From Clostridia bacterium (GTDB taxonomy: Bacteria > Bacillota > Clostridia > UBA1212 > UBA1255), in assembly GCA_017935905.1 (NCBI GenBank), contig JAGBGO010000035.1, positions 36,064-100,063 on the forward strand: a stretch of 64,000 nt of DNA, in the 5' to 3' direction. Below are positions 46,230-56,231 of this stretch, in pieces. The translations under genes were made by a program, and so were the position numbers. Each line of letters begins with the position of its first letter. The first letter of the stretch is position 1. Under the pieces are notes generated by a model. That model ran no database searches. It was not told the origin of the DNA and saw nothing but the letters and a program-made list of their open reading frames with translations.

Positions 46230-48422
46230 ATGAATTACAAGAGACTATTCGCATTATTATTTTTGTGTGCGATCTGCTTGAGCTCCGCAGTGCTTGCACC
46301 TGCCACGCCCCAAGCATCCGTGAAAGTGGGCACCGTGAAACCCAGCACCTGGGTAGCCGTTGACGGTTTAGGAAGAACGGTTGCTTCCCACAGCGAAGCA
46401 GGCAACGTAAAGACGAATAAGACCGTGGGTGTTTTCTTTTGGAGCTGGCACGATTACTGGGCACAGTATCCTGCAAGAAACATCTCTCAAATTATGAGTA
46501 AGAACCCTGCTGCCAAGAACGATTACAACCATTCTGCCTGGGGCGGAGAAGATTCCAAACAGAAACCCTATTTCTGGAACGAACCGATTTATGGATATTA
46601 CAAAACCTCCGACCGGTACGTATTGAGAAAACAAGCAGAGTTGCTTGCGGATGCCGGTGTAGACGTAATTTTCTTCGACTGTTCCAACGGTACACAAAAT
46701 TTTCTTACGCAGGCACAACTGATCTTCAGTGAGTTCAGCAAAGCAAAAGAAGACGGTGTAGATGCACCCAAGGTTTCTTTCGTGCTGAGTTTACATAACA
46801 ACGCAGACTCCACAACGCAGTTGAAAGAATTGTACAATCAGATTTATTCCAAAGGCAAGTACAAGGATATGTGGTTCTATTGGGAAGGAAAGCCTATGTT
46901 GATGGCACGTTATTCCCAATTGAATACCAACGACCCAACGGAGAAGGCTATTAAGAATTTCTTTACTTTCCGCAGAAATGAGCCTACTTACTCTTTTGCA
47001 AACACCAAATACGCAGATAAAGCCTGGGGCTGGTGTTCCGTGTATCCCCAGACCAAATACGGTATTCGCGATGACGGCTCCGTAGAGCAGATGTGCGTCA
47101 GCGCAGCCCAGAATGCGCGTGTAAGCGGCAGCAAAGTCGTTTCCCCCGTTGCTATGAACGATTCCAGCGGCACTGTTTTGGGCCGTGGCTACGCAAAGGG
47201 AAATTATTCGTACAGCTACACCTACAAGAATCAAAAAGTTACCGTAAATCAAAGCACAAAGAATGCATATACCTACGGTCTTAATTTCCAGCAGCAGTGG
47301 GACTACGCATTGAGCGTAAATCCGGACTTTATCTTTGTCACCGGTTGGAACGAATACGTTTGTCAGCGTTTGGAAACTTACGCCGGTACGTCCAACGGTT
47401 TCTCCGATAACTTTACGGACGAATTCAGCCGAGACATCGAGCCCTCTAAGGGTATTTTGAAAGATAACTTCTATTATCAGTTGGTCAGCAACATCCGTAA
47501 ATTCAAAGGTGTCAACAAACAACCTACGGGTACGGACGCTACCGGTGTTGCAAGAACCATTGACATTAACAGCAGCAAAGATCAATGGACAAACGTTTCT
47601 TTGGCTTACAACCACTACGTAGGCAGCACCAAGAAGCGGAACACTGCCGGCTACAAAGGCTCTGCTTATTCCAGCGATGCTGCACGCAATGATATCGTAA
47701 CTTCCAAAGTTGCTTACGACGCAGAGTATATTTACTTTATGGTAGAGACAGCCGCAGATTTGACGTCTTCTTCCGACAAGGCTTGGATGCGTCTTCTGCT
47801 GGATACCGATCCTACCGGCGTCAGCAAGAATTGGGAAGGATTTGAGTATATCATTAACCGTGTATCCCCCTCCGGCGGCAATGCCACCATTGAGAAATCT
47901 ACCGGCGGTTGGAAATTCTCCAAAGTAGGCACCGCAAAGTTTACGGTGAAGGGCAATCGCTTACAAATTGCAGTGCCCAGAAGTGCCGTTGGCCTTACAG
48001 ATTTGAATAAATTGACGTTCAATTTCAAATGGGCAGATAACACCCTTGCAAAAGGTGCAACCACCGACAGCGGTGACATTATGGATTACTACTTATATGG
48101 CGACGTAGCACCGGGCGGGCGTTTCATGTTTGCCTTTAACGGAACTGCGAAAGCAAAACCGGTAGGTTCGGTAGGTGCAACGGCAACCAATCCGCCTGCT
48201 ACAAAGGCACCTGCAGCTACAAAGGCACCTGCAGCCACGAAGGCGCCTGTAACAAACACGACAGCACCCACGGAACCCGACGTTTCTCCTACAATTTCGG
48301 TTGAAGAACAGCAGGAATCTTCCGGAGGTCTTCCCGGATACGTCTGGGGAATTGTGGGCGGTGGCGCAGCCGTTGTGATTGCAGCCGTTGTCATCATCAT
48401 CTTGGTACTGAAGAAGAAATAA
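46230..48422 (+). CDS. Secreted putative glycoside hydrolase (GH99/GH71-like TIM barrel) with a PAATKA repeat linker and a C-terminal transmembrane anchor
   Basis: It has a signal peptide. The block VGVFFWSWHDYW...YGYYKTSDRYVLRKQAELLADAGVDVIFFDCSNG looks GH99/GH71-like. A C-terminal beta-sandwich follows, then ATKAPAATKAPAATKAP repeats, then the transmembrane anchor IVGGGAAVVIAAVVIIILVLKKK. Confidence 0.45.
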   Translation: MNYKRLFALLFLCAICLSSAVLAPATPQASVKVGTVKPSTWVAVDGLGRTVASHSEAGNVKTNKTVGVFFWSWHDYWAQYPARNISQIMSKNPAAKNDYNHSAWGGEDSKQKPYFWNEPIYGYYKTSDRYVLRKQAELLADAGVDVIFFDCSNGTQNFLTQAQLIFSEFSKAKEDGVDAPKVSFVLSLHNNADSTTQLKELYNQIYSKGKYKDMWFYWEGKPMLMARYSQLNTNDPTEKAIKNFFTFRRNEPTYSFANTKYADKAWGWCSVYPQTKYGIRDDGSVEQMCVSAAQNARVSGSKVVSPVAMNDSSGTVLGRGYAKGNYSYSYTYKNQKVTVNQSTKNAYTYGLNFQQQWDYALSVNPDFIFVTGWNEYVCQRLETYAGTSNGFSDNFTDEFSRDIEPSKGILKDNFYYQLVSNIRKFKGVNKQPTGTDATGVARTIDINSSKDQWTNVSLAYNHYVGSTKKRNTAGYKGSAYSSDAARNDIVTSKVAYDAEYIYFMVETAADLTSSSDKAWMRLLLDTDPTGVSKNWEGFEYIINRVSPSGGNATIEKSTGGWKFSKVGTAKFTVKGNRLQIAVPRSAVGLTDLNKLTFNFKWADNTLAKGATTDSGDIMDYYLYGDVAPGGRFMFAFNGTAKAKPVGSVGATATNPPATKAPAATKAPAATKAPVTNTTAPTEPDVSPTISVEEQQESSGGLPGYVWGIVGGGAAVVIAAVVIIILVLKKK

Positions 48423-48445
48423 ACTTTTAATCCGCAACAAAAATG

Positions 48446-48480
48446 TGGCTCCAAGTAATGCTTGGAGCCATTTCTTTTGT
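48446..48480. terminator. Bidirectional terminator between convergent genes
   Basis: The hairpin TGGCTCCAAGtaatgCTTGGAGCCA is followed by TTTCTTTTGT, and an A-tract lies upstream. Confidence 0.65.
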
Positions 48481-48505
48481 GCCGCCCTAATCATGAACAA
48501 ATCGA

Positions 48506-50017
48506 TTATCGACCTTTCTTGATCTGCCGAATCAGCATTTGAATTTCAGCAATCTGTTCTTCCGGTGCAGTCAATACGTCATATTGAACCGGTGTGCCAA
48601 AGGCGTACAATGCACCCTTCAATCCTTTTCCAAACATAGCATACGTTTGAATCTCCCATGGTGCCATGTCTGTTAGTTGCATTTGGATCAAGGCGTTGAT
48701 GCTGTCCGAGGACAGGTTGGTTTTTGTATTGTCTGTAATTGCCGTAAGCACTTCCGGGAAATTGGAAATCGTCGCCGGAGACATCAGTTTCTTCAAGATT
48801 GCTTGAATCACCCGCTGTTGGTGAACGCCTCGCTGCATATCCCCACCGGGAAGATTATAACGGTGCCGTACAAAAGCAAGGGCTTGGTCTCCATTTAAAT
48901 CATTTAAGCCTTTATGAAACGTGTACTTGCCGAATGTGAACGCATAGTCGGATTCCGCCGTAACGCCGCCCAGCGCATCTACGATTCGGATCAAGGAATT
49001 AAAATTCACTTTCACGTAGTAGTTAATATTAATATCGTATAAGGCTTCTAACGTATCAATAGAACAATTGATTCCGTAAACACCTGCGTGGGTCAATTTA
49101 TCCATTTTCGCGGGATCTCCGCTCAAAGCAACGTACGTATCTCTGGGTGTATTGATCAAAAGAATCTTCTTCGTAATCGGATTGATCACCGCAATCTGGT
49201 TCACGTCCGACCGTCCGTTGTCCGCAATAGGATAATTTCCTTTGGTATCCATACCGGAAATATAAACGATAAACGGCGTTTTGGTAACGTCTACGTTTTC
49301 AATTTCAATTTCTTGCTCTACCCTGGCACTTTCCGAAAGCATCCGCGCCCAGTTCAGAAAATCTGCGTCGAAAAATTCCGTAATGTTAGCAACCATACCC
49401 TCATCCAGCAAAATTGCGTCCACTTCCTCATCCTTCAACGCTTGTATCAATTGGGTGTAGTCTGCGTATTCTGCTACGCGAACTTGCTGCGCCAAGTCTT
49501 CTTTCAATTGTTCTACGGCTTGTGCCATGGTATCGTTCATAGGATCCGGGCGCACACCCACGTTGTGATTTTTGAGTTGCTCAAGGGTTTCGTATTCCGA
49601 ATCTTGCCGGACGTAAACCGACACGACGATCGTTGTAACGTTTGCGCCTTGGTTGGTTTGTTCCAAATTCTTGTATACGAAACGAAGGGCAACGCTTCCC
49701 CATATAGAAGTGATTGCCAAAATCAGGCTCAAAATCAAGCTGACAACGCCCGCGCCCACCGCACGCTTTTGCATGCAAAGGGACAAAACGTGCAAACCGA
49801 TCAGAATAACCGTACCGATTAAAAGAACAATAAAATAACTATGAGGCAGGAATGACAGCACGCCCACGTAGCCCGTAAAAGCGACCAACGCCAATACTTC
49901 TATACAAAAAGAAACCCATGCAGCCCAAAACACAACGCGTCGAAAACGTTGCTGTCTTCGTTGTTTCTTTAACGCTTTGCAAGAAGCCTCAGATTGTGCA
50001 GATGATTGTGCGGACAC
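48506..50017 (-). CDS. LCP-family (LytR-CpsA-Psr) protein with a polytopic N-terminal membrane domain
   Basis: The LCP domain blocks (..ILLINTPRDTYVALSG...; ...KLTHAGVYG) follow several N-terminal transmembrane helices. Confidence 0.7.
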   Translation of the reverse strand: MSAQSSAQSEASCKALKKQRRQQRFRRVVFWAAWVSFCIEVLALVAFTGYVGVLSFLPHSYFIVLLIGTVILIGLHVLSLCMQKRAVGAGVVSLILSLILAITSIWGSVALRFVYKNLEQTNQGANVTTIVVSVYVRQDSEYETLEQLKNHNVGVRPDPMNDTMAQAVEQLKEDLAQQVRVAEYADYTQLIQALKDEEVDAILLDEGMVANITEFFDADFLNWARMLSESARVEQEIEIENVDVTKTPFIVYISGMDTKGNYPIADNGRSDVNQIAVINPITKKILLINTPRDTYVALSGDPAKMDKLTHAGVYGINCSIDTLEALYDININYYVKVNFNSLIRIVDALGGVTAESDYAFTFGKYTFHKGLNDLNGDQALAFVRHRYNLPGGDMQRGVHQQRVIQAILKKLMSPATISNFPEVLTAITDNTKTNLSSDSINALIQMQLTDMAPWEIQTYAMFGKGLKGALYAFGTPVQYDVLTAPEEQIAEIQMLIRQIKKGR

Positions 50018-50142
50018 GAATCTTCCCTACCTTTCCAATACGATTAAAATCCAAAGGAATTATAGCACACTTTTTTCAGAAAATACAACAAGCACCCGTT
50101 TTACCCGAGTGCTTGCCTGTACTGTCGAAAATAGGTTGTGCT

Positions 50143-51006
50143 TTACTCTACGGAACCCTCCCCGTAAACTTCCGTAATAATATCCGTCAAGAACTTCTTG
50201 CCGTCGATAATATCACGAATCTGCTCGTCGCCGTCAATCTCACGCTCGATGGTGATATGAGAATCGTAACCCAATGCTTTAAGGCCGCGAATCAATGCAG
50301 GGAAGTTGGCTTTGCCTTCGCCCAAACGTGTTTCTTCGCCTAAGTTCATACCGTTGGTAGGGAACTTACCGTCTTTCGCATGCAAGTTTCTTACGTACTT
50401 GCCGATTACGTCCAAAGCATCTACCGGATTGCCCTTGCCATAGAGGATCAAGTTTGCCGTATCCAAGTTTACAGCCAGGTTGTCCGTGCCTACGCGCTCA
50501 AAGCAACGAAGCATGGTAATGGGGGTTTCCTGACCGGACTCAAACAATAAGTACTGGCCGTTTGCCTTCAAATGCTCCGCTACGTGACGGATGGCAATGC
50601 ACAAACCGGGGAAATTGGGATCGGAAGGATTCTCGGGAATAAAGCCCATGTGGGTTGCAACGTCGGTTACGCCCAACTTCTTTGCAAAGTCAGCGCCGTC
50701 GCACAAGTTCTGTACACGAAGGGTTCTGTACTCCGGGGGAACCAAGCCAAGGGCGTAGGGGCCGTCGAAGAAGTTCCAAGCCATACGGCCGGGGCCTTCC
50801 CAACCACACCAGAATGCAGAAATGGTAACGCCGTACTTCTTGCACAATTCGTTAATCTTGTCTGCGTTCTCGTCAGTCCAAACACAAGACTCCCAGGAAC
50901 TAAGCTGACAGTAGTGAATATCCATTTCCTTTAATTTTTGAAATTTTTGCTCCAATTTCTCAATTGTGTTTTGCGGTTCCACAACGATTAAAACACCAAT
51001 TTTCAT
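50143..51006 (-). CDS. Sugar phosphate isomerase/epimerase (xylose-isomerase-like TIM barrel)
   Basis: The 287-aa protein is a paralogue-type of 43188-44030. Confidence 0.7.
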   Translation of the reverse strand: MKIGVLIVVEPQNTIEKLEQKFQKLKEMDIHYCQLSSWESCVWTDENADKINELCKKYGVTISAFWCGWEGPGRMAWNFFDGPYALGLVPPEYRTLRVQNLCDGADFAKKLGVTDVATHMGFIPENPSDPNFPGLCIAIRHVAEHLKANGQYLLFESGQETPITMLRCFERVGTDNLAVNLDTANLILYGKGNPVDALDVIGKYVRNLHAKDGKFPTNGMNLGEETRLGEGKANFPALIRGLKALGYDSHITIEREIDGDEQIRDIIDGKKFLTDIITEVYGEGSVE

Positions 51007-51137
51007 ACGTTAACCTCCAATTATGAATTGAATTATATTTTACTTTATGATACCATACTCTTGTTGGGTACTGATTTATTTTTTTGACCTATATTTGTAT
51101 TTTTTTGACTTTTCGTAAAATGGAGGTTGGAGGTTCT

Positions 51138-51980
51138 ATGGCAAGACCCGCACTGAAAGAAATCACCCCGGTGGTTTACAAAGACCACGCGGTAAAGGTG
51201 CTGCACCACATGGAAACGGCACCCCATGCCGAGTGTTTTCCTTTGCACTGGCACGATCGTGTGGAGCTACTTTTGATTACACAAGGATCCATGGAAATCC
51301 AATTAGGCGATGAACTGCAAGTGGCAGCGCAAGGCAGTTTGGCGATTATCAACGTAGGGCAGCCCCATCGGGGAATCGCCGGAGACCAAGGGGTGCAATA
51401 CCAAGTGCTGATGTTCGAACCCGGTACTTTTCAAAACAGCACACCGGCATCCCAACGTTTTATTGCCCCCATTTTACAGAACCAAACGGTATTTTGCCAC
51501 GTCACCCAAAATGAAGAGGTGCTGCAAACCGTCCGCCAAATCCTGCAACTCCACGAAGACCCTTACACGAACCCCCTGCAGATTATGGGCCTCACGTATT
51601 ACTTATTAGGGCTTTTCAGCCGCCACTGTTTAGGGACGGCCCGGGTAACCGCACAGGAAGACGCGCAATTTAAGCCTGTACTGGAATATATGAATGCGCA
51701 TTTTACCGAGAAAATTTCTACCAAAACGCTGAGTCACACCTTCGGCTACGACGAAGCCTATTTTTGTCGGCGTTTTAAGCGCACCACCGGCATTACGGTG
51801 ATGAAATACATTCAAATTCTGCGGCTGGAATATGCCCAGCAATTGCTCAAAAAGAAAGACCGAAATATCAGCGATATTGCGGTCCTCTGCGGTTTTTCAG
51901 ATATTTATTATTTCACTCGGTGCTTTAGCAAGCACTTCGGCATCGCGCCCACCGAATTCAGGAAAGCCCACCGAGGGTAA
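51138..51980 (+). CDS. AraC-family transcriptional regulator (cupin plus HTH)
   Basis: GGAGGTTGGAGG lies before the ATG at 51138. The C-terminal HTH is TKTLSHTFGYDEAYFCRRFKRTTGITVMKYIQ. Confidence 0.75.
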   Translation: MARPALKEITPVVYKDHAVKVLHHMETAPHAECFPLHWHDRVELLLITQGSMEIQLGDELQVAAQGSLAIINVGQPHRGIAGDQGVQYQVLMFEPGTFQNSTPASQRFIAPILQNQTVFCHVTQNEEVLQTVRQILQLHEDPYTNPLQIMGLTYYLLGLFSRHCLGTARVTAQEDAQFKPVLEYMNAHFTEKISTKTLSHTFGYDEAYFCRRFKRTTGITVMKYIQILRLEYAQQLLKKKDRNISDIAVLCGFSDIYYFTRCFSKHFGIAPTEFRKAHRG

Positions 51981-53601
51981 GCCGTAGGTCCGCCAGTTCC
52001 TCCGGCTTTACCTTCTCCACCTGCCGATCATAGGTAATGAGACCGTTCACCTCATCCTCCACGTCGGAAATTTGGGTATATACCGCAGCGCACAAGCCCT
52101 TCTCTATCAAAGGCGCCACTTCCTCTAAATAAACTTTGCGCAAAGCCTGCACAAATTCTTCTCGGGACGTGCATTTTCCGTAGCCGTATTCCTTCTTGGG
52201 GTTAAACACGTGCCCTTCCACCTGATACGAATACCCGCCGAACTCCGACAGCACCAAAGGTTTTTTCCCTGCTTTCAAACGCACCTTGCGGAAATATACG
52301 TGGCGGCTGTCCACGTCTGAGTCCACCCCGGAGAACCAACCGGACGCCGTATCGATCACGCGGCTGTCGTCCAAGGTCTTGAGCCGCTTGTACATGGCCG
52401 TACCGCAGAACTGACCCCAGCCTTCGTTAAAAATGGTCCAATAGCAAATACAAGGATGATGATAAAGGGTTTCTACTGTCTCTACCATCGCCTGCTCAAA
52501 TGCCGCCCGGCTTCGCTTATTTCTGTGGAGCCACCGATCCGGAAGCCACTTTAAGCCAACCGTAGGCAGCACTGTATCCCGCAAGAAAGAATACGCGCCG
52601 TTATTTACCATATCCTGAAACACCACCATGCCTAAGCGGTCACAGGCATAATAAAATAACTGAGGCTCAATCTTAATGTGTTTGCGCAGCATATTAAAGC
52701 CAAGTTTCTTGGCAAACAGAATATCTTGTTCGTACGCCGTCGGACTGTTCGGCGTAAAAATGCCGTCTTGCCAATACCCCTGATCCAAAAGACCGTGGAA
52801 GAAATAAGGTTTCCCGTTGAGGCAAATCCGCGGATATCCGTCCACGTCCTTGATTTCAAGGGTACGCAGGGCAAAATAAGACTGCACCCGGTCCTTTCCG
52901 GTCTGAACGGTAAAATGGTACAAATAAGGATCCTCCGGAGACCAATTTCGCGGATTTGGAATCGGGATGCGGCAACTGCCATTTTCCAGTTCCACCGGCA
53001 CCATACTCTGAATTTCCACAACGCCCTCCGTAGCGCCGCTTACAGAAATTTCCACCCAATCTGCCCCATTTTTCACCCGAATTCCCTGAATATACACCTC
53101 CGGCACCGACTCCATCCATACCGTCTGCCAAATACCGGAAACCGGAGTGTACCACATGCCCCCACGTTTGCGGGTTTGCTTGCCGTAGGGCAAAATCTTC
53201 TTACTTAAATGATCCCGCACTTCCACCGTAAGCACGTTCTCCCCTTGCAGGAAATCGGTCACGTCAAAGGTAAAAGGCAGATATCCCCCTTCGTGGGTTC
53301 CCACCACCCGGCCGTTGACGTACACCCGGGCAATTTGGTCTACGGCGCCGAAATGGAGTAGCACACGGCTTTTCCGAAAGCCTTCCGGGAGGGTAAAATG
53401 CCTTTGATACCAAAGCACTTGTTCTTCCCGGTACACTTCTCCGGTGCCGGACAGTTTGGACTCCGGGCAGAAGGGCACTTGAATGGTTTGGTTATATTGG
53501 GGCTTGTCGCCTTCGTTGCATACATCAAAATCCCATGGACCATTGAGGCACAAAAAAGATTCTCTTTGCAAGGTAGGGCGAGGATATTGGTTCCAGTTCA
53601 T
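51958..53601 (-). CDS. Glycoside hydrolase family 2-like protein (beta-galactosidase/beta-glucuronidase type)
   Basis: The 547-aa protein has an N-terminal sugar-binding region, an Ig-like region and a TIM barrel, with the block YWTIFNEGWGQ. An AAAGGAGAT ribosome-binding site is present. Its 3' end overlaps the AraC gene convergently by 23 bp. Confidence 0.55.
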   Translation of the reverse strand: MNWNQYPRPTLQRESFLCLNGPWDFDVCNEGDKPQYNQTIQVPFCPESKLSGTGEVYREEQVLWYQRHFTLPEGFRKSRVLLHFGAVDQIARVYVNGRVVGTHEGGYLPFTFDVTDFLQGENVLTVEVRDHLSKKILPYGKQTRKRGGMWYTPVSGIWQTVWMESVPEVYIQGIRVKNGADWVEISVSGATEGVVEIQSMVPVELENGSCRIPIPNPRNWSPEDPYLYHFTVQTGKDRVQSYFALRTLEIKDVDGYPRICLNGKPYFFHGLLDQGYWQDGIFTPNSPTAYEQDILFAKKLGFNMLRKHIKIEPQLFYYACDRLGMVVFQDMVNNGAYSFLRDTVLPTVGLKWLPDRWLHRNKRSRAAFEQAMVETVETLYHHPCICYWTIFNEGWGQFCGTAMYKRLKTLDDSRVIDTASGWFSGVDSDVDSRHVYFRKVRLKAGKKPLVLSEFGGYSYQVEGHVFNPKKEYGYGKCTSREEFVQALRKVYLEEVAPLIEKGLCAAVYTQISDVEDEVNGLITYDRQVEKVKPEELADLRLTLGGLS

Positions 53602-53630
53602 CGTTTTATCTCCTTTGGTGGGATGGGTTT

Positions 53631-53660
53631 ATTGTACCACGACAGCAATGGGATGTAAAA
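53631..53660 (-). promoter_or_regulatory. Sigma-A-type promoter (TTTACA-18-TACAAT) for the GH2-like gene, embedded in repeat copy B
   Basis: On the minus strand TTTACAtcccattgctgtcgtggTACAAT lies about 30 nt upstream of the ribosome-binding site. Confidence 0.45.
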
Positions 53661-53760
53661 CGCAGAAAATCAACGAAAATATACATTTGGAAGTCCAAAT
53701 TGTATACAAATCGCCATTTTACCGTGAAAATATACCGGAATTTATGCAATCGTTAAAGTA
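53643..53760. repeat. Dispersed intergenic repeat, copy B
   Basis: It aligns with 37783-37915 at about 75% identity. Confidence 0.6.
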
Positions 53761-54200
53761 TCCCCCCGGACGTAACAAGGATCGTCACCGCCATAGTACA
53801 CAGACGTACCCCAAATGGGTACAAATTTTACAGAAATTTCCCGCTCCACAATCAAGGTAAAAGAAACCTTTTCACGGAAATCATTCTCAGCGTTATCGTC
53901 CACACCAATTTGCAGCGTATAATAACATTGATTACCAACCTCAATTTTGCAGAAACCGGTAGAGGCGGAACCTTCCACATACGACAAATTAACCGCATAC
54001 TGTCCCGGCGCTAACGTCATCGTGTTGGAAGTATAGAGATCTTCCTCTCCCTGCAAGATCTGAATATCCAAAGTATAGTTGGCAGCAACAATCCGGTTAC
54101 TGCCGGAATCTACACCGGCGGTAAAATACCCAAAGGCTGCAAAACTCATCGATGTGAGCAAAAGCACAATAGATACAAAAGAAAAATATATTTTTCTCAT
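53742..54200 (-). CDS. Small secreted protein (152 aa), last gene of the SipW/TasA-like operon
   Basis: The signal peptide is MRKIYFSFVSIVLLLTSMSFAAFGYFTAG. Its start overlaps the upstream gene in an ATGA arrangement. Confidence 0.45.
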   Translation of the reverse strand: MRKIYFSFVSIVLLLTSMSFAAFGYFTAGVDSGSNRIVAANYTLDIQILQGEEDLYTSNTMTLAPGQYAVNLSYVEGSASTGFCKIEVGNQCYYTLQIGVDDNAENDFREKVSFTLIVEREISVKFVPIWGTSVYYGGDDPCYVRGDTLTIA

Positions 54201-54826
54201 GCGGCACCCCCTTGCTGGGTCGCGCGAACAATCAACCCTAAATCTACTTCCGGCACCACTTCGCCTCGGTAATTCGCTTGGTTATCGACCTCTTCCGGCA
54301 TCCGTACGATAAGCGCCACGTATGCAGTTTCCTCGGCACCCAAAGAAGCCTTCTCCGAAGCATATTGATTTAATTCCATATTGGCATAGGCGCAGGCTCG
54401 CTCTCTTGTTCCCACAAGGGCATCCAGCGCGCCTTCGTCTGTGTCAGTCACCAAACCGAATTTCAAATAGTCCTGCAGGATAAACGGCTCTCCCATCATA
54501 TTCTCTGCCACGGTATATCCCGTCACGTTAACAGCAGTATAAAAATCAAAAGGTACAGTTCCCTTGTTCTCCACTTTCAAATAAACCACTTGCACGTAAC
54601 CGGGCTCATACAAAGCGTTGTCATCAAACACCTTTGTATCTGCCTCAAGCTCTTTATACGACCCATCCGCCTGCCTATAAGACACCTTCAACTCAAAATC
54701 TGCAAAATGGAACACGTTCTGTAATTCCGGCGTAGCATCAGAGAACCATGCAATGGAGGTACCGGCACCCAAAATAATCCATAACAAAATCAAGCCTACA
54801 CTGAGGGTAAAAGCAATTTTCTTCAT
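54197..54826 (-). CDS. TasA/camelysin-like protein with a SipW-cognate class signal peptide
   Basis: MKKIAFTLSVGLILLWIILGAGTSIAWFSDA has a motif matching the SipW-cognate signal (..GT.A.FSD). An AAGGAGGG ribosome-binding site is present, and its start overlaps the previous stop in an ATGA arrangement. Confidence 0.55.
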   Translation of the reverse strand: MKKIAFTLSVGLILLWIILGAGTSIAWFSDATPELQNVFHFADFELKVSYRQADGSYKELEADTKVFDDNALYEPGYVQVVYLKVENKGTVPFDFYTAVNVTGYTVAENMMGEPFILQDYLKFGLVTDTDEGALDALVGTRERACAYANMELNQYASEKASLGAEETAYVALIVRMPEEVDNQANYRGEVVPEVDLGLIVRATQQGGAA

Positions 54827-55467
54827 GCTTTTTCCCTCCTTTTTCGCAAGATAAACAGCAAGATTAACAGGAAACCCGCCCCACCTAAGATCGCAAACCA
54901 CAAAGGCCGATTAAAAGTATCGCCCGTAGGCGGCACCGGGTCGTCATTTTCCACTGGAAACTCCTCTACCTTAAATTCCCAATCCAAATAGCCGGTCTGC
55001 CCGCTATATTCATTGCCAAGGGTCACCGGCACCTCCAAAAGAACTTCCAGATTGACCACGCCGCCGGAATACAAAGTACCCAAGCAAACCCAATCGGAAA
55101 GTTGCGCCGTTTCGGAAGCTGCGCTGTCAAACATATACGCCATGGTATTGTCCGAAGCGGCCCGCACTTTCAGTCCCAACTGAGACAAAAATCCTTCCGA
55201 GCCCGCCTGCGCACCCAAGGCGCGCAGATAGATCTTTACTTTAACCTTCTTAGAGGCTTCATTTCGAACTGTAATGTTTTGTGTCAATGTATCCCCGGGC
55301 ATAACGTCCTTAAATGCAGGAAACAAATCCGTAGGAGACTGACTGCTGCCGGGGGTAAAAATAAATTCACCTGAATCTCCGGCATACGTGACGGAACTCT
55401 CCTTTGCCATAGTCGGCAGGCTGAAACACAGCAGCAATATGAAAATGATACAAAAAATTCTTCTCAT
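54823..55467 (-). CDS. Secreted protein with a C-terminal LPXTG-like sorting signal (VPPTG, hydrophobic segment, RKRREKA)
   Basis: It has a standard signal peptide and a beta-rich domain. The C-terminal tripartite cell-wall sorting signal is VPPTGDTFNRPLWFAILGGAGFLLILLFILRKRREKA. Confidence 0.5.
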   Translation of the reverse strand: MRRIFCIIFILLLCFSLPTMAKESSVTYAGDSGEFIFTPGSSQSPTDLFPAFKDVMPGDTLTQNITVRNEASKKVKVKIYLRALGAQAGSEGFLSQLGLKVRAASDNTMAYMFDSAASETAQLSDWVCLGTLYSGGVVNLEVLLEVPVTLGNEYSGQTGYLDWEFKVEEFPVENDDPVPPTGDTFNRPLWFAILGGAGFLLILLFILRKRREKA

Positions 55468-55479
55468 CTTGCCACCTCC

Positions 55480-56046
55480 TTATTCCATCGGCCAACCGGA
55501 AGCCGTATAGGTCTTTCCGTCCGTAATAGGATTATGCTCACTCTGAACTGCGTGGGCAGAAACCGTCAAGGACAGCGTCTTACCAATGTAACGATTATCC
55601 ACTTTATCCCCTACGATTTCCACATGGGAGAAAACGCAAGGCGTTGTTTCGCCCGGTGTTAAAATGCTTTTATAATAGTACCAGCCTTCATGAAACTCCC
55701 AATGCTCTGCGTCAATATTCAATTTGAAACAATCCTCTGCAGAAAGTTCTTGGGCATTCACGCCGTACACCACTTTGACCCGCAGGTAAAATGGGTGGGT
55801 GCACGTGTTCTCAATAGTCACTTCTTTGCTCACCACGTCGCCGGGAACAATGTACACACCCTCACTGGGAAACGCCGTACCTTGCTCTGTGGTTTCGTGG
55901 ATAATAAATTGGATTTCGCCGGAGGTCACTACGTTCGTAGCCTTTCCCACGGTAGAATAAAATGCAAGTGTGCCTTGTGCAAAGAAGGTCATCAAAATGG
56001 CCACCATTGCAATGGCGACAATTTTCAACTTCATACTTCTCAACAC
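55480..56046 (-). CDS. TasA/camelysin-like protein with a SipW-cognate signal peptide
   Basis: The N-terminus is MKLKIVAIAMVAILMTFFAQGTLAFYS. The protein is 188 aa. Confidence 0.5.
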   Translation of the reverse strand: MLRSMKLKIVAIAMVAILMTFFAQGTLAFYSTVGKATNVVTSGEIQFIIHETTEQGTAFPSEGVYIVPGDVVSKEVTIENTCTHPFYLRVKVVYGVNAQELSAEDCFKLNIDAEHWEFHEGWYYYKSILTPGETTPCVFSHVEIVGDKVDNRYIGKTLSLTVSAHAVQSEHNPITDGKTYTASGWPME

Positions 56047-56231
56047 AAAAACCTCCTTTATAATTTTAGTAGAAAAAGGGCATCAGACGATATTGGGGGA
56101 TGCATATCCAATGCCCTTTCTGCCTAAGAGATAATCCTCGGCAGGCAAAAAGTATAAATCTGAAAGAAGCAGGACTTATACCCTTTGCTTGCCGCCCAAC
56201 GCCTCGCAAGGCGTTGGGACGGGCAAAACAA

